36,929 nt of DNA from the UHGV virus genome UHGV-0211320. The stretch is one strand, 5' to 3'. The translations under genes were made by a program, and so were the position numbers. A model generated the notes under the pieces. That model ran no database searches, was not told where the DNA came from, and was given only the letters and a program-made list of their open reading frames with translations. This document shows, one piece after another, positions 8,444-18,250 of this stretch. This stretch comes from a virus. How positions within the stretch are numbered: position 1 is the stretch's first letter; each line of letters opens with the position of its first letter.

Positions 8444-9274
8444 CTACTTATACAAAAAATTGAAGTCCCATTTTGACTCCACTCTAGTAACATTTTGTAT
8501 TTCAATTTCATTCGTTCCAACCGCTAACGTTATCAAACCTAAATTCGTGTCAATTCCGCAATTTACACCGTTCAACTTCGGATAAACACGGTCTAAAGTC
8601 AAAGTTTGGCCTAGCAACGTAGAAAACTCCGGATAGTAGATGAATCGTTCCCCTGTCGTTTTGTTGAAAATAGTCACGTTGCCTTCTGATTCACCTTCCA
8701 AAGTGATTTTTAGAGCATGTTCACGTGGATCAATAGCAAAATCGCCAGCATTATAAATGATAAAATTACTGGTTCGGTGCGTATACTTATAATCTTCCGC
8801 AACTAGACCTTGTGAAAATTGCCATTCATTAGACAGTGAAAAATCCGATAACGTGGAAGCCATCGATTCGGAACAACCTCTAAAAACAGTGAAAGTCGCC
8901 TTGTAAGTTGCATATCTTAGACCAACTTCATTCACTTCTACTGAGTTAGGACGGACAAAGTATTTTTTGCCCGGTTCTCTATCTGTAAAAACATAATATC
9001 CTTCGTCATCGAATAGAAACGCATATAATTCAGTTTCTTTTAGTTGATAGTCATACATATTTTTGAATTCAGTATAAAATTCCACTTCGATAGTGAACGA
9101 TTTGAAACTTTTTTCGACTTCTCTCGAACCGTTTGACCCTGAAAATTCTTGGTATTCTACATTTAGTTGTGGTGCTTTTCGTGCAAAAGAAATACACTCT
9201 ATGCCCAATTTTTCTTTTAGAGATACTATCTCTTGATTTTTTATGAAGCGAAAATCGATTAAATAGCCATTCAC
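8444..9274 (-). CDS. Distal tail protein (Dit).
   Basis: 276-aa protein immediately downstream of the tape measure gene, which is the conserved siphovirus order TMP-Dit-Tal. Confidence 0.6.
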   Translation of the reverse strand: MNGYLIDFRFIKNQEIVSLKEKLGIECISFARKAPQLNVEYQEFSGSNGSREVEKSFKSFTIEVEFYTEFKNMYDYQLKETELYAFLFDDEGYYVFTDREPGKKYFVRPNSVEVNEVGLRYATYKATFTVFRGCSESMASTLSDFSLSNEWQFSQGLVAEDYKYTHRTSNFIIYNAGDFAIDPREHALKITLEGESEGNVTIFNKTTGERFIYYPEFSTLLGQTLTLDRVYPKLNGVNCGIDTNLGLITLAVGTNEIEIQNVTRVESKWDFNFLYK

Positions 9275-9284
9275 TTTATCCCTC

Positions 9285-12200
9285 CTAACCTGTTGTATAT
9301 AGCGAACGTTTCAACTGGTTACCTAAGTATCCATTTGTATTGTCTGCAATTGCTTTACCATCAAGTTTGACACTTGTGTCTTTTGCTAAAAGTTTAGATA
9401 GCAAGTGATTCTGCTGAATCATCAGTGAAACTAATGTTTCTAACGTTCCGCTCGAATCACTACTGTTATTTACACTTTTTGGTTTTACTCCTAACTTATC
9501 TTGAGCAATTGCAAGCAACTGCATCGCTCTTGATCGTTTAGCCTTATCTAACGGAATAATAATTTCTGGCTTGTTTCCTTCTGCGATTTCCGCAATTTGA
9601 TGTTGGTTTACAATTCCACCATTTGCGTAACCATGACCACGCCCAATCACACCTAACATATCCGAACCATAGCGTTTTTTAGCGTAGTTGATAGCTGCTA
9701 AGATATTATCGAAACCGCTCATTATATTGCCGTATCCTGGAAAAGCATTCGCAGCAAATGTTCCCGGTTTTGTTTGGAGCAATCCAGTAGCATTACCGTC
9801 TGCTAAGCCGTCATTTCCACCAATGGCAAGCGGATTGCCACCTGATTCTGTTTGGATTTGTCGCATCCACGCATCGACATAAGCGGATGAGGTTGGTAAG
9901 TTATTCATTTTCAAAGCACGTTTTACATATGGCCGCCAGCGTTCTACGCCACTCCCACCAACGCTATCGCCACCGCTAACAAGTCCGCCCTGCGGATCTC
10001 TTACACCGTTTAAATGCACGTGGTCGTAGTGGTCTCCATCTGGCCAGGGTCTCCAATCGTTATGAATACCTGTACCTGATTGTCCTGAACGGTCACGAAC
10101 CTTACCATTTGTGATAACATAGCCGATTTTGTTTGCAAACTTCTCAAATGCGTAATTGGCTGCTTCTGTATATCTAGGGGAACCATTCACGACTCCCGGT
10201 AGCGCAATATCAATTGCGTTGTGCTTTCCGTGTGAGTATGGATCGCCTTCACGATAACCTGAGGTTACTTGAAAGCCTGGAAACTTCTTCATTACTGCAA
10301 CTGCAACGTCCGCCAAGTATTTGTAAACGCCTTGCATGCCCATTGAAGTGTCTAAACTGCCACTGCTGAATAGTTCTGTGATTTTGCTCGTCAATGCTTC
10401 GGTAGCCTTGCTTAGAATACCTTTACCAACATCTAAAGGATATTTGACAAGTCCTTCCAGTACGCCAAGACCATTTAACACTTTCCTAGCCAACGCTCCC
10501 GGGTCTGTTACAAAATCCCATACATCGCCGACTACATCTTTCAGCTTGTTTCCAACATCTCCAGCAAATCCTTTGACGTTGTTCCATAGATTTCCGAAAA
10601 AGCCTGTACCTTTGGCGTATCTATATCTTGGTGCTTTGTTTCCAGTCATATAAGCTGTTTCTTCAGCTGTTAGAACGTGTGTGCCTTTTGGTGCATTCAA
10701 CACTACATTTCGCCCTCGTGGGATAAATGCTTGCCCGTTAGGTGTGATTACCGCTTCAGCACCTCTACCGTCATTTACCATCATAGGCCCGCCCGGATGA
10801 CCTCCGTTTGGTGTTCCTTTTGCGTATTGTGGTACTTCCCATTCTTCGAGTTTGTCAGCACCCAGTTTTTCTAGCACCCATGAAGCTCCATTGATGATCG
10901 CGTTAACTGGTTTCCCCACCGCTTTAAGTGCTGCGTTGAATATACTTTTGAACGCATCAACAAGGGCATCTTTACCACCAATAATGGCATCCTTCATCTT
11001 CGTCGGTAGTTCTGAAAACCAATTGAATACTGTATCAATACCGCTACGGAAGTTGTCTTTGATACCGTTCCACAGGTTACCGATTGCATCAGAAACATTG
11101 TTCTTCAATTCAATTGCTTTGTTGAAAATGTTTTTTACCCAGCCAACTACCTTATTCCAAGTGTCTCCAACGCCATTGCTGAAGAAGTTTTTCACACCAT
11201 TCCACATGTTTTGGATGAAATTGCCAAACGTGGTTTTCAGGTTGCCAGCTTTGCTCAACAGATTAGTTACCCAATTGACTAGCTTATCCCAAGTTTTGGA
11301 AATACCTTCAGTAAAGAAAGTTTTAGTACTTTCCCATAGCCCTTTTATTGAGCCTGAAAAACCAGTCCACAAACCTTTTACTCCTTCTAAAATCCGTTTG
11401 AAGAATAGTATTTGAATCCAATTCCATACTGCTTGGATAGAACCCCAAAACAGTTGTTTTACTCCTTCCCACATCTTAGAAAAATCGCCTGTAAATAAAC
11501 CAGTGAAGATTTTGATAGCACCTTGAATGACGTTCATAATCCCTTCGACTAAACCTATTATATTGTCAATGAACCCCATGACTAAATCCATAACGATTTT
11601 TACAACGGGCTGTATAAACGTAAAAAAGTTCTTGATTGCTTCAATAATCTGTTTACCATTTTCATTCCAAAATGTGGTCATCGATTTTCCAATTTTAGAA
11701 AAAGCTCCGCCTATCTTTTCTATAATGGGCATTATATATGGCGACAAAGTATCGAAAATTCCTTTTGCAATTTGCCATGCAACTTCTATGCCGTTTTTAA
11801 TGTTTGACATAGCACCATCAAAGTATGTTTTGATATTGTCGAAAACATCTTTTATCTTAGAAATTGTTTCTGGAGAAAATCCTAATTTAGCTAGAACATC
11901 TTCCATGTCTGCGTTACCTTTGAATACGTCAAACAATGTCTTAACCGCGTTCTTTATTTTTTCTATGGTATCTTGTGCGAAAGTAACCATTTCTGGTGGG
12001 AAAATTTTAGTTAGAATATCAAAGCCTTGCTTTGCTTGATCTCCATCTAACGTTCCAAACAGCGTCCCAAAAGCAAGTGTTGCTATGTCAGCCCCTTTTT
12101 TCAACATGTCAAATACAGGTTGAGCGACGTTTTTTATGCTTTCCATTGCTGGCTTGATTTTGGTTGTTAAGTCGTCAATTCCTTTGCCTATGTCACTGAT

Positions 12201-13667
12201 CAAAGAAGTGATATTGCCTTTGCCGAAAGCATTAATTATTTCATTAATCATGTTTACGGCGCTGGCTTGCAGATTTCCAACCGCCCCCTCAATCGTAGCT
12301 GTGGAACCTGCTGCCTTTTTAGCTACATCAGTCATACCTAATTGCATGAATGCTTCATTCAATTCTTCAGCAGAGATTTCTCCGTTTGCCATAGCCTCGC
12401 GGAAGTCTCCGTCAGTATAAGCGCCCATTTCTTTCAATGCTTGTTGAATTTTCCCTGAAGCGCCCGGAATGGCATCCGCAATCTGATTAAAGTTTTCAGT
12501 TGTTAATTTGCCAGCACCGACAGTTTGTGTCATTGCCATTGCTACCGATTTGAACGTATCTGAGTTACCACCTGAAACGGCATTGACATTACCGATTGCC
12601 TGCGTTAGACCATCAAAGTCTTTCACACCGTTGGCTGCCAACTGTGCGGTCGTATTCATTACGTCGCCTAGTTCATAAACCGTTTGGTCGGCGTAATCTT
12701 TCATCACTGTTTTAGATTCTTCAATTTTCGAATTATCTATACCAGCAAATTGCATTGTTTGAACAAACTTGTCCATTGAATCGGAAGCCTCTACTGCTTC
12801 ATCTTTCAACCCCATGAAACTGTTAACAACACCGCCAACTGCTTGTGAAGCTAATCCAGCGACTGCACCAAACGAAAATGCGCCTTTTAGCGAGCTTAAT
12901 TTGTCTTTTAGTCCGTCCAGTTTCCTAGCTGACCTTGTTGATTTGTCGCCAAAATCTTCTATTTTTTTTCCTGATTGATCGCTGGAGCTTTTGAGTGCTT
13001 CTAATTGCCTGCTAGATATTTGGCTTTGTCGTTCTAACTTTTCTAATGCCCTTTTTGCATCTTCGGTTTCATTTGCTGAATCGCCAAACTCATCAGCCAT
13101 CAGTTTCACAACTTTGCGCTGTTCTTCGATAGCTTTCTCGGATAATTCCGTTTGTTTGGCTAGCCCTTTTTGTTTTGCTTCAAACGCACCAGATTCATCA
13201 CCAGCGGCTTTCAACGCTTTGACTTCGGCGTTCATTTGCCGTTCATTTTCTTTGATTTCATCAGATAAATCATTGACGGCTGTTTTGGAATACACCAATT
13301 CTTTTTTTGTGTCATTCAACTGGCGACTGTAAGCATTATATTTTGCGGTAGCATTGTTTATCTGTGTGTTAAGGTTAGCAACTTGTTTCGATTCCTCGCC
13401 ATACTTGCTAATCGCTTCATCACGGCGCTTTGTTAATTCTCTTACTTTGGCGTTTTGCCCTTCCATAACCGTAGACAAGTCTTTCGTCTTTTGACTAAGT
13501 GCTTCGTATGAACGTCCTGCTGAATCATAGGCCTTTAGATTGGCACGCATATTCGATTCTGCTTGTTTGACTTTCGCATTGATTTCGTCCAGCGTGTTAC
13601 CAAAACTAGTGCTATCTAAACTAATCCCTAGCTTGATATTTCCTGCCGGTTGTCCTTTTCCTGCCAT
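9285..13667 (-). CDS. Tail tape measure protein (1460 aa) with C-terminal lytic transglycosylase (SLT) and LAS/M15-like peptidase domains.
   Basis: Long coiled-coil and glycine-rich repeat regions. The SLT motif is QTESGGNPLAIGGNDGLADGNATGLLQ. The VanY/M15-like motif is SGYREGDPYSHGKHNAIDIA. Confidence 0.85.
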   Translation of the reverse strand: MAGKGQPAGNIKLGISLDSTSFGNTLDEINAKVKQAESNMRANLKAYDSAGRSYEALSQKTKDLSTVMEGQNAKVRELTKRRDEAISKYGEESKQVANLNTQINNATAKYNAYSRQLNDTKKELVYSKTAVNDLSDEIKENERQMNAEVKALKAAGDESGAFEAKQKGLAKQTELSEKAIEEQRKVVKLMADEFGDSANETEDAKRALEKLERQSQISSRQLEALKSSSDQSGKKIEDFGDKSTRSARKLDGLKDKLSSLKGAFSFGAVAGLASQAVGGVVNSFMGLKDEAVEASDSMDKFVQTMQFAGIDNSKIEESKTVMKDYADQTVYELGDVMNTTAQLAANGVKDFDGLTQAIGNVNAVSGGNSDTFKSVAMAMTQTVGAGKLTTENFNQIADAIPGASGKIQQALKEMGAYTDGDFREAMANGEISAEELNEAFMQLGMTDVAKKAAGSTATIEGAVGNLQASAVNMINEIINAFGKGNITSLISDIGKGIDDLTTKIKPAMESIKNVAQPVFDMLKKGADIATLAFGTLFGTLDGDQAKQGFDILTKIFPPEMVTFAQDTIEKIKNAVKTLFDVFKGNADMEDVLAKLGFSPETISKIKDVFDNIKTYFDGAMSNIKNGIEVAWQIAKGIFDTLSPYIMPIIEKIGGAFSKIGKSMTTFWNENGKQIIEAIKNFFTFIQPVVKIVMDLVMGFIDNIIGLVEGIMNVIQGAIKIFTGLFTGDFSKMWEGVKQLFWGSIQAVWNWIQILFFKRILEGVKGLWTGFSGSIKGLWESTKTFFTEGISKTWDKLVNWVTNLLSKAGNLKTTFGNFIQNMWNGVKNFFSNGVGDTWNKVVGWVKNIFNKAIELKNNVSDAIGNLWNGIKDNFRSGIDTVFNWFSELPTKMKDAIIGGKDALVDAFKSIFNAALKAVGKPVNAIINGASWVLEKLGADKLEEWEVPQYAKGTPNGGHPGGPMMVNDGRGAEAVITPNGQAFIPRGRNVVLNAPKGTHVLTAEETAYMTGNKAPRYRYAKGTGFFGNLWNNVKGFAGDVGNKLKDVVGDVWDFVTDPGALARKVLNGLGVLEGLVKYPLDVGKGILSKATEALTSKITELFSSGSLDTSMGMQGVYKYLADVAVAVMKKFPGFQVTSGYREGDPYSHGKHNAIDIALPGVVNGSPRYTEAANYAFEKFANKIGYVITNGKVRDRSGQSGTGIHNDWRPWPDGDHYDHVHLNGVRDPQGGLVSGGDSVGGSGVERWRPYVKRALKMNNLPTSSAYVDAWMRQIQTESGGNPLAIGGNDGLADGNATGLLQTKPGTFAANAFPGYGNIMSGFDNILAAINYAKKRYGSDMLGVIGRGHGYANGGIVNQHQIAEIAEGNKPEIIIPLDKAKRSRAMQLLAIAQDKLGVKPKSVNNSSDSSGTLETLVSLMIQQNHLLSKLLAKDTSVKLDGKAIADNTNGYLGNQLKRSLYTTG

Positions 13668-14193
13668 TATTTACCTCCTTCCTCAAGTTTTACCAAGTCT
13701 TCAGCCGATAAAAATTGTTTGATGAAATCAGCACCATCTACATATTCTTCGCCATTCTCCACTTCTCCAAAAAGGTGTAACAAATAATGATAGTCGGCTT
13801 CGTCCACATCTCTCATCGTCCAACCTGATTCGATTAAATCTTTGTAGATTTGATCCATTGCTTTCCTAGCTTCAGAAAAACTTATCTCTTTTTGCTCGCT
13901 ATCTGCTTTTTTTCATTGTTTCCCAGTTCATTGATTTGTTCAAAAACACTTTCTAATGCCGGTACTAACTCGCTCGCAGTCAAACCGTCTAAAATAGCAT
14001 CAAATGTAACTGCTGGATCTTGGAAAATATCTGCTGTAATTGCAATCATTGAATCAATTGCTTCTAAATCAGTTAGGTCTGCTTTTTCCGCTTTCTCGTA
14101 AAATTTGATACACTCACGCATTGCACGTGCGGAAATATCTTGTTGTTTGAATGTTTTTTTCTTTCCGTCAAGTTTCAATTGCAATTCAATCAT
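13667..14193 (-). CDS. Tail assembly chaperone G-T fusion made by a programmed -1 ribosomal frameshift. G alone is 13882..14193; the T segment continues to 13667.
   Basis: Slippery heptamer A AAA AAG (G + A7 + G, plus-strand 13906-13914) lies 8 codons before the G stop. The -1 frame opens exactly after a TGA at that point and runs through the 63-aa T ORF (MDQIYKDL...). The position between the major tail and TMP genes is canonical. Confidence 0.8.
13907..13913 (-). promoter_or_regulatory. -1 PRF slippery site (A7 tract) of the G/GT chaperone genes.
   Basis: GAA AAA AAG read on the minus strand (plus strand CTTTTTTTC). Confidence 0.75.
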
Positions 14194-14249
14194 TTGTTTT
14201 CCTCCTAAAAAATAGAGGCTGGGATTTTTCCCAACCTCAAAATATTGTT

Positions 14250-14825
14250 TTATTCTCCGCTTGCGGGTAGTGTAGCGACGTTGTTTACTAAGTTCTTGAA
14301 TGCAGCCAAAGTCATTTCTTCTGATTCTACGGCTGTTAAGTATACATAGCCACGTTCATCAGAAATGAATTCCCCTTCGATAGAATCGGTTTGTAATTCT
14401 ACCCCTTTGTCTTCAGCTGTTTTCATGTCGATATCTGGATGACTGAATTTTCCTTTTGCCAATCCCATGAATAAGCGTTTTCCTTCTTTGTTCGCTGTAA
14501 CCATGACTACCGACACGTAAGGCGCTGCAGTTTCTGAACCAATTACATTTACACCATCCACGGTTTTAGCGCCAATGATTTCGCTGTAAATGCCGTTATC
14601 CATTAAGTCTGCCACGTCAAGCGTAACTTTTGGTGACGAAACCCCTTTACTTGCAATGAAGAACGGTACGTTTGAAGCGTATGTTGTGTTAGAAGTTGCG
14701 CCTAATCCAGTAATTTTAGCTTCGATCGCTCCGCCTTTTGACTTATCTGCTACTAATTCTTTTAGAGTGCCGTCTGCACCTGTTTTTACGCCAAAAATGA
14801 CGCTCTCAAATCCTACTGTTGCCAT
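14250..14825 (-). CDS. Major tail protein.
   Basis: 191 aa, immediately upstream of the G/GT chaperone genes, with Ig-like beta-rich composition typical of siphovirus major tail proteins. Confidence 0.7.
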   Translation of the reverse strand: MATVGFESVIFGVKTGADGTLKELVADKSKGGAIEAKITGLGATSNTTYASNVPFFIASKGVSSPKVTLDVADLMDNGIYSEIIGAKTVDGVNVIGSETAAPYVSVVMVTANKEGKRLFMGLAKGKFSHPDIDMKTAEDKGVELQTDSIEGEFISDERGYVYLTAVESEEMTLAAFKNLVNNVATLPASGE

Positions 14826-14840
14826 CTATTTTCTCTCCTT

Positions 14841-15212
14841 TTAATTTAGTGAAATATTTGCTACATATCGTTTGATAATCCGCTTTGCACCTTCCAAATC
14901 CTCGTCATCTGTTTGTTCCGTGTATGCGCATTGCCAACCATTCCCCCTCATAACCTCATCAAGGGCAAAATAAAAGGCATCAACCTCTTTCATGGTTGAC
15001 ACCCATACATCTACCTGTACGTTAAATTGAATGGTCAAAGGATTGTTGCTTGCGAAATCTTCATAGTTGCCGGATATCTCTGTAATTCTGCCAACTGGAA
15101 GGCTAGGTACTGTTTGAGCTGATTCCGGAACACTATTGGTGTAAAAATCAATGTTCTTTGTTTTTTCATTGCTATTCAGAATTGAATAGACTTGTGATAC
15201 TGCCGTTTTCAA
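14841..15212 (-). CDS. Tail completion / tail terminator-like protein.
   Basis: 123-aa protein between the HK97 gp10-like gene and the major tail gene. Confidence 0.4.
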   Translation of the reverse strand: MKTAVSQVYSILNSNEKTKNIDFYTNSVPESAQTVPSLPVGRITEISGNYEDFASNNPLTIQFNVQVDVWVSTMKEVDAFYFALDEVMRGNGWQCAYTEQTDDEDLEGAKRIIKRYVANISLN

Positions 15213-15604
15213 AGTCCTAGCCTCCTTTTTACTTCGTCAGCAATGATTTGTGTTACTTGTTTTTCGATTTGCTTTTGTGTTTTTTGTACGAAACCTTTTG
15301 GACGTTGTTTGATTGTTCCGAACTCGATAAAGTGCATCCGCCAAGAAACATCTTTGTCATAGCCGACTTCTATCAATCCGTTTTTTACCGAGCTTGTAAC
15401 CACATGGTTCTTAGCATGTTCTTGCATATACGAACCGCGTTTACCGTTTGACTTCGTTCCATCCCAGTAAGGTGTGTTTTGTCGTAACTTTTCTTGAGCG
15501 TACTCCCCAGCTTTTCTAAGTGCTGGGCTTTCCACTCGTTGAACGTTTGCTTTTACTTCCCTAAGCGCTTTGTACACTTCGGTTGCATCGACTTCTACAC
15601 TCAT
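15209..15604 (-). CDS. HK97 gp10-family head-tail joining protein.
   Basis: Size, position and sequence pattern (…HVVTSSVKNGLIEVGYDKDVSWRMHFIEFGT…) are typical of phge_HK97_gp10. Confidence 0.6.
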   Translation of the reverse strand: MSVEVDATEVYKALREVKANVQRVESPALRKAGEYAQEKLRQNTPYWDGTKSNGKRGSYMQEHAKNHVVTSSVKNGLIEVGYDKDVSWRMHFIEFGTIKQRPKGFVQKTQKQIEKQVTQIIADEVKRRLGL

Positions 15605-15936
15605 TTTGAAACCTCTTTTGCAATGATTGTCGTGAAGTCTTTTGTAAACTCGCCCTTTGTAATTGTGATGATTTCAAACGTTTTTCCATTCCAACGCACT
15701 TTCATATCATTGGTTAGCTCTGATTTTTGTTGGTAGCGGATAATGAACGTCAGTGTTCCTTCCAAAGCCGTGCCAATCGACGCCTTAACGTCACTCAAGC
15801 GTTGTGTTTGAACACAAGCCCAACAAGAAAAAACAGTCTCAGGTGTGGTGACCAGCTGGCCGTCCTCGTCCTTGACTGTCGTATCCTTTATAAAGTCAAT
15901 ACGTTGACTTAGGTCACTCGTCTGTATTAACGCCAT
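15601..15936 (-). CDS. Head closure / head-tail adaptor protein.
   Basis: 111 aa in the conserved position after the gp6-like connector. Its start and stop codons overlap its neighbours. Confidence 0.55.
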   Translation of the reverse strand: MALIQTSDLSQRIDFIKDTTVKDEDGQLVTTPETVFSCWACVQTQRLSDVKASIGTALEGTLTFIIRYQQKSELTNDMKVRWNGKTFEIITITKGEFTKDFTTIIAKEVSK

Positions 15937-16198
15937 GATCTAGCCCCCTCAACTGATGAATCAAAGCAGTCACTCCAAATGGAATCTCCGCGAATGCTTT
16001 TTCACTTGTAGCAATCCGGTTCTCATACCAGTGAGATACCAGCAACGTGACCGCATAGTTAAACCGTTCATCATCTGTTTTTTCGACTTCGATCGATCCA
16101 AGAATAAATTTTTCAGCCGTGGACACCAACATTTTTAAAAGCTCGTCGTCCAGATCATGATCAATGCGAAGGTATGTTTTTAGTTCTGCCAGTTCCAT
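15914..16198 (-). CDS. Head-tail connector (gp6-like DNA packaging / connector protein).
   Basis: 94 aa with the typical helical N-terminus (MELAELKTYLRID...). It follows the capsid and Ig-like segment. Confidence 0.6.
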   Translation of the reverse strand: MELAELKTYLRIDHDLDDELLKMLVSTAEKFILGSIEVEKTDDERFNYAVTLLVSHWYENRIATSEKAFAEIPFGVTALIHQLRGLDHGVNTDE

Positions 16199-16209
16199 TC
16201 AATCACCGC

Positions 16210-16419
16210 CTATTCAGCAGTTACGGTAACTTCACACACCGCAGTTTTTCCGTTTGCAGTTGTTGCAGTGATTATTGCTGTACCAGCTGCAATACCTGTG
16301 ATTTTGCCTTGAACCGGCGTTACTGTGGCAATTGCCTCATCGCTAGAACTGTATTTAACCGATTTGTCCGTTGCGTCAGCTGGCAAGACAGTCGCTGACA
16401 GTGTTTCTGATGCCCCCAC
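16210..16419 (-). CDS. Ig-like (Big_2) domain segment. Probably not a free-standing gene but the C-terminal extension of the major capsid protein, reached by a -1 frameshift.
   Basis: ASETLSATVLPADATDKSVKYSSSDEAIATVTPVQGKITGIAAGTAIITATTANGKTAVCEVTVTAE is a Big_2 domain. The nominal GTG start lacks an RBS and cuts off the first ~15 residues of the domain. Those residues are encoded upstream in the -1 frame, overlapping the capsid 3' end. Confidence 0.6.
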   Translation of the reverse strand: MGASETLSATVLPADATDKSVKYSSSDEAIATVTPVQGKITGIAAGTAIITATTANGKTAVCEVTVTAE

Positions 16420-16463
16420 CGCAAGCGTAGTCGTTGTTTTGTTTAACGTTACGCCGGATGGGT

Positions 16464-17657
16464 CTATGCTTTTGGGCCCAGTGTTACGTAAAAGCCTGCA
16501 GCAGTGTCGGCTACTTCAACATCAAAACGAATGAATCCTGCTAACAATTGACCATATACATCGTTATCTACCCAACGAACAGACGCTTGTTGACGATCAA
16601 AGAATTTTGCAAATAGTGAAGGATCTCCCACAAATGCTACTTTGTCACCTGCTTTTGTTCCAATTACATCATCCGCCATTACAACAACTTCACGCCCTAA
16701 TAGTTTGTAACCCGAAGCAACTGTAACGTCTTGTTGCAACAAGTAACGTCCGTCATTATCTTTCATTTTGTCTAACTCGTTGAAGAAGCTTTGAGAAGCA
16801 ATGAATTTCACGTTGTAAGCAGGATCAATAGCAACATTCACGATGTCTTTCAAATCGTCAATCGTAGTAACAGTTTTAGCTGTTGCTGTTTGCAACTTAG
16901 CAGCAATTGCAGCGTTTGAAGTGTTTAGTGATTGACGTTGGATATGTTCAGCGACCAAACCGCCTAGATCGATATCGGAATCGTCTAATGCTTCTTGAGA
17001 AACTGGAATGTATCCACGGTAAGTGGCAATTTCGTAGTTTACTTTTGTAAATTCAGGGTTAGCTAACGCTGGGTTTTTAGCCAATTCAGCCACAGAGATC
17101 ATTTTATTTTTGTTAGCTCTCAAAATTGGATATGATCCTGTACCTGTTGTTACTGGCACACGTCCTACGTGTTGACGTAAGTCGACAACTGTTTCGGGTT
17201 GTTTTTCTGGTTTAGTGATACGGTCAACTGGAATAACTGCTTCTGCTCCGACTGTTGTCAATCCGTCGCGTTTTTCTCCTTTTGTACGAATGAATTGATT
17301 GATTGAGCGTGTGTATGTTTCTTTTTTGTCGTTTAGGATAACTTCCATTGATCTTTTCTCCTCTTTGTCTTTTTTGTCTTTTTTAGGCGGAATAAGCGGT
17401 ACTTCTTCCTTTTCTTCTGGTTCTTTATCCTTTTCAGGTTCAGTTGGTTCAGTTGGTTCTTCTGTTTCAGGCTCTGTTTTAGGTTCATCAGAAACGCCTA
17501 AGTCTTTTAACTCGTCTTCAAGCTCAGTTTTTAATTGTGCTTGCGTTTCTTCTTGCTCTTTGTTGGCTTTGATTTGAGCCAACAAACCCTTGGCTTTTTC
17601 CAAATCGCCTGCATCAAGCGCTTTTTGTGCTTCTACTTTTAACTTTTCGTTATCCAA
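16464..17657 (-). CDS. Major capsid protein (HK97 fold) with an N-terminal scaffold-like delta domain.
   Basis: N-terminal ~100 aa are coiled-coil and E/K/P-rich with EPTEPTEP repeats. The C-terminal ~300 aa match the HK97-type capsid pattern. The gene follows the prohead protease. Confidence 0.85.
   Translation of the reverse strand: MDNEKLKVEAQKALDAGDLEKAKGLLAQIKANKEQEETQAQLKTELEDELKDLGVSDEPKTEPETEEPTEPTEPEKDKEPEEKEEVPLIPPKKDKKDKEEKRSMEVILNDKKETYTRSINQFIRTKGEKRDGLTTVGAEAVIPVDRITKPEKQPETVVDLRQHVGRVPVTTGTGSYPILRANKNKMISVAELAKNPALANPEFTKVNYEIATYRGYIPVSQEALDDSDIDLGGLVAEHIQRQSLNTSNAAIAAKLQTATAKTVTTIDDLKDIVNVAIDPAYNVKFIASQSFFNELDKMKDNDGRYLLQQDVTVASGYKLLGREVVVMADDVIGTKAGDKVAFVGDPSLFAKFFDRQQASVRWVDNDVYGQLLAGFIRFDVEVADTAAGFYVTLGPKA
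16470..16476 (-). promoter_or_regulatory. Candidate -1 PRF slippery heptamer C CCA AAA, two codons before the capsid stop.
   Basis: On the minus strand, ...CTG GGC CCA AAA GCA TAG. After a -1 slip the reading continues as S I D P S G V T L N K T T T T L A V G A S E T L..., a complete Big_2 domain. The -1 frame is open from 16515 down to 16210. Confidence 0.55.
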
Positions 17658-17698
17658 ATCGCTTTCCTCCTTTGTTTTTGGGTATAAAAAAAGAACCT

Positions 17699-18250
17699 CT
17701 AGTAATTTAGAAGCTCTAGTTCTATCTCTAATTTTCGTTTTTCTTTTTCATTGATTACTCGTTTCAATGATCGTTGCGCTAAGACTGCATCCGTTCCTTC
17801 GTAAGCTGGGATCGAAACAATCGATATTTCGAATAATTCATCGATCTTATTTAGATTGCGGATATACATTCCATCTTGATTTTCCCACGTTTGAGAATCA
17901 TCTTTTACGGCAAAACCGAACGAACATTCGTTGATATCACCACGTTTTATGGATTCGTACAAATCGTTGGCGTAAGAAGTATTTGGCAGTTGACATCTGA
18001 AATGAAGTCCTACGTCATCCACTTCCAACTCTAGCGTTTGCGATGACGTTCTTCCTAAAACCATACTTGAATCATGATCGACAAAACAGCGAACATCTGA
18101 TAAATCGGTCGTATCCAACGCTTGTGGCGAAATTATTTCTTTGAACCCGCCAAGGTCTCTGCTCAACGAATTGAATTTCATTGCGTAGCCCTCAATCGTT
18201 CGATTGTCCGTTGACTGGATTTCCGCTAAACTCCGAATTTCCATTTCCAC
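17699..18250 (-). CDS. Prohead maturation protease (HK97 family).
   Basis: Sits between portal and capsid. Real start is probably GTG at 18250 or ATG at 18244, behind RBS AGGAGGTG. The ORF-track start at 18337 overlaps the portal gene by 146 nt. Confidence 0.7.
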   Translation of the reverse strand: MEMEIRSLAEIQSTDNRTIEGYAMKFNSLSRDLGGFKEIISPQALDTTDLSDVRCFVDHDSSMVLGRTSSQTLELEVDDVGLHFRCQLPNTSYANDLYESIKRGDINECSFGFAVKDDSQTWENQDGMYIRNLNKIDELFEISIVSIPAYEGTDAVLAQRSLKRVINEKEKRKLEIELELLNY

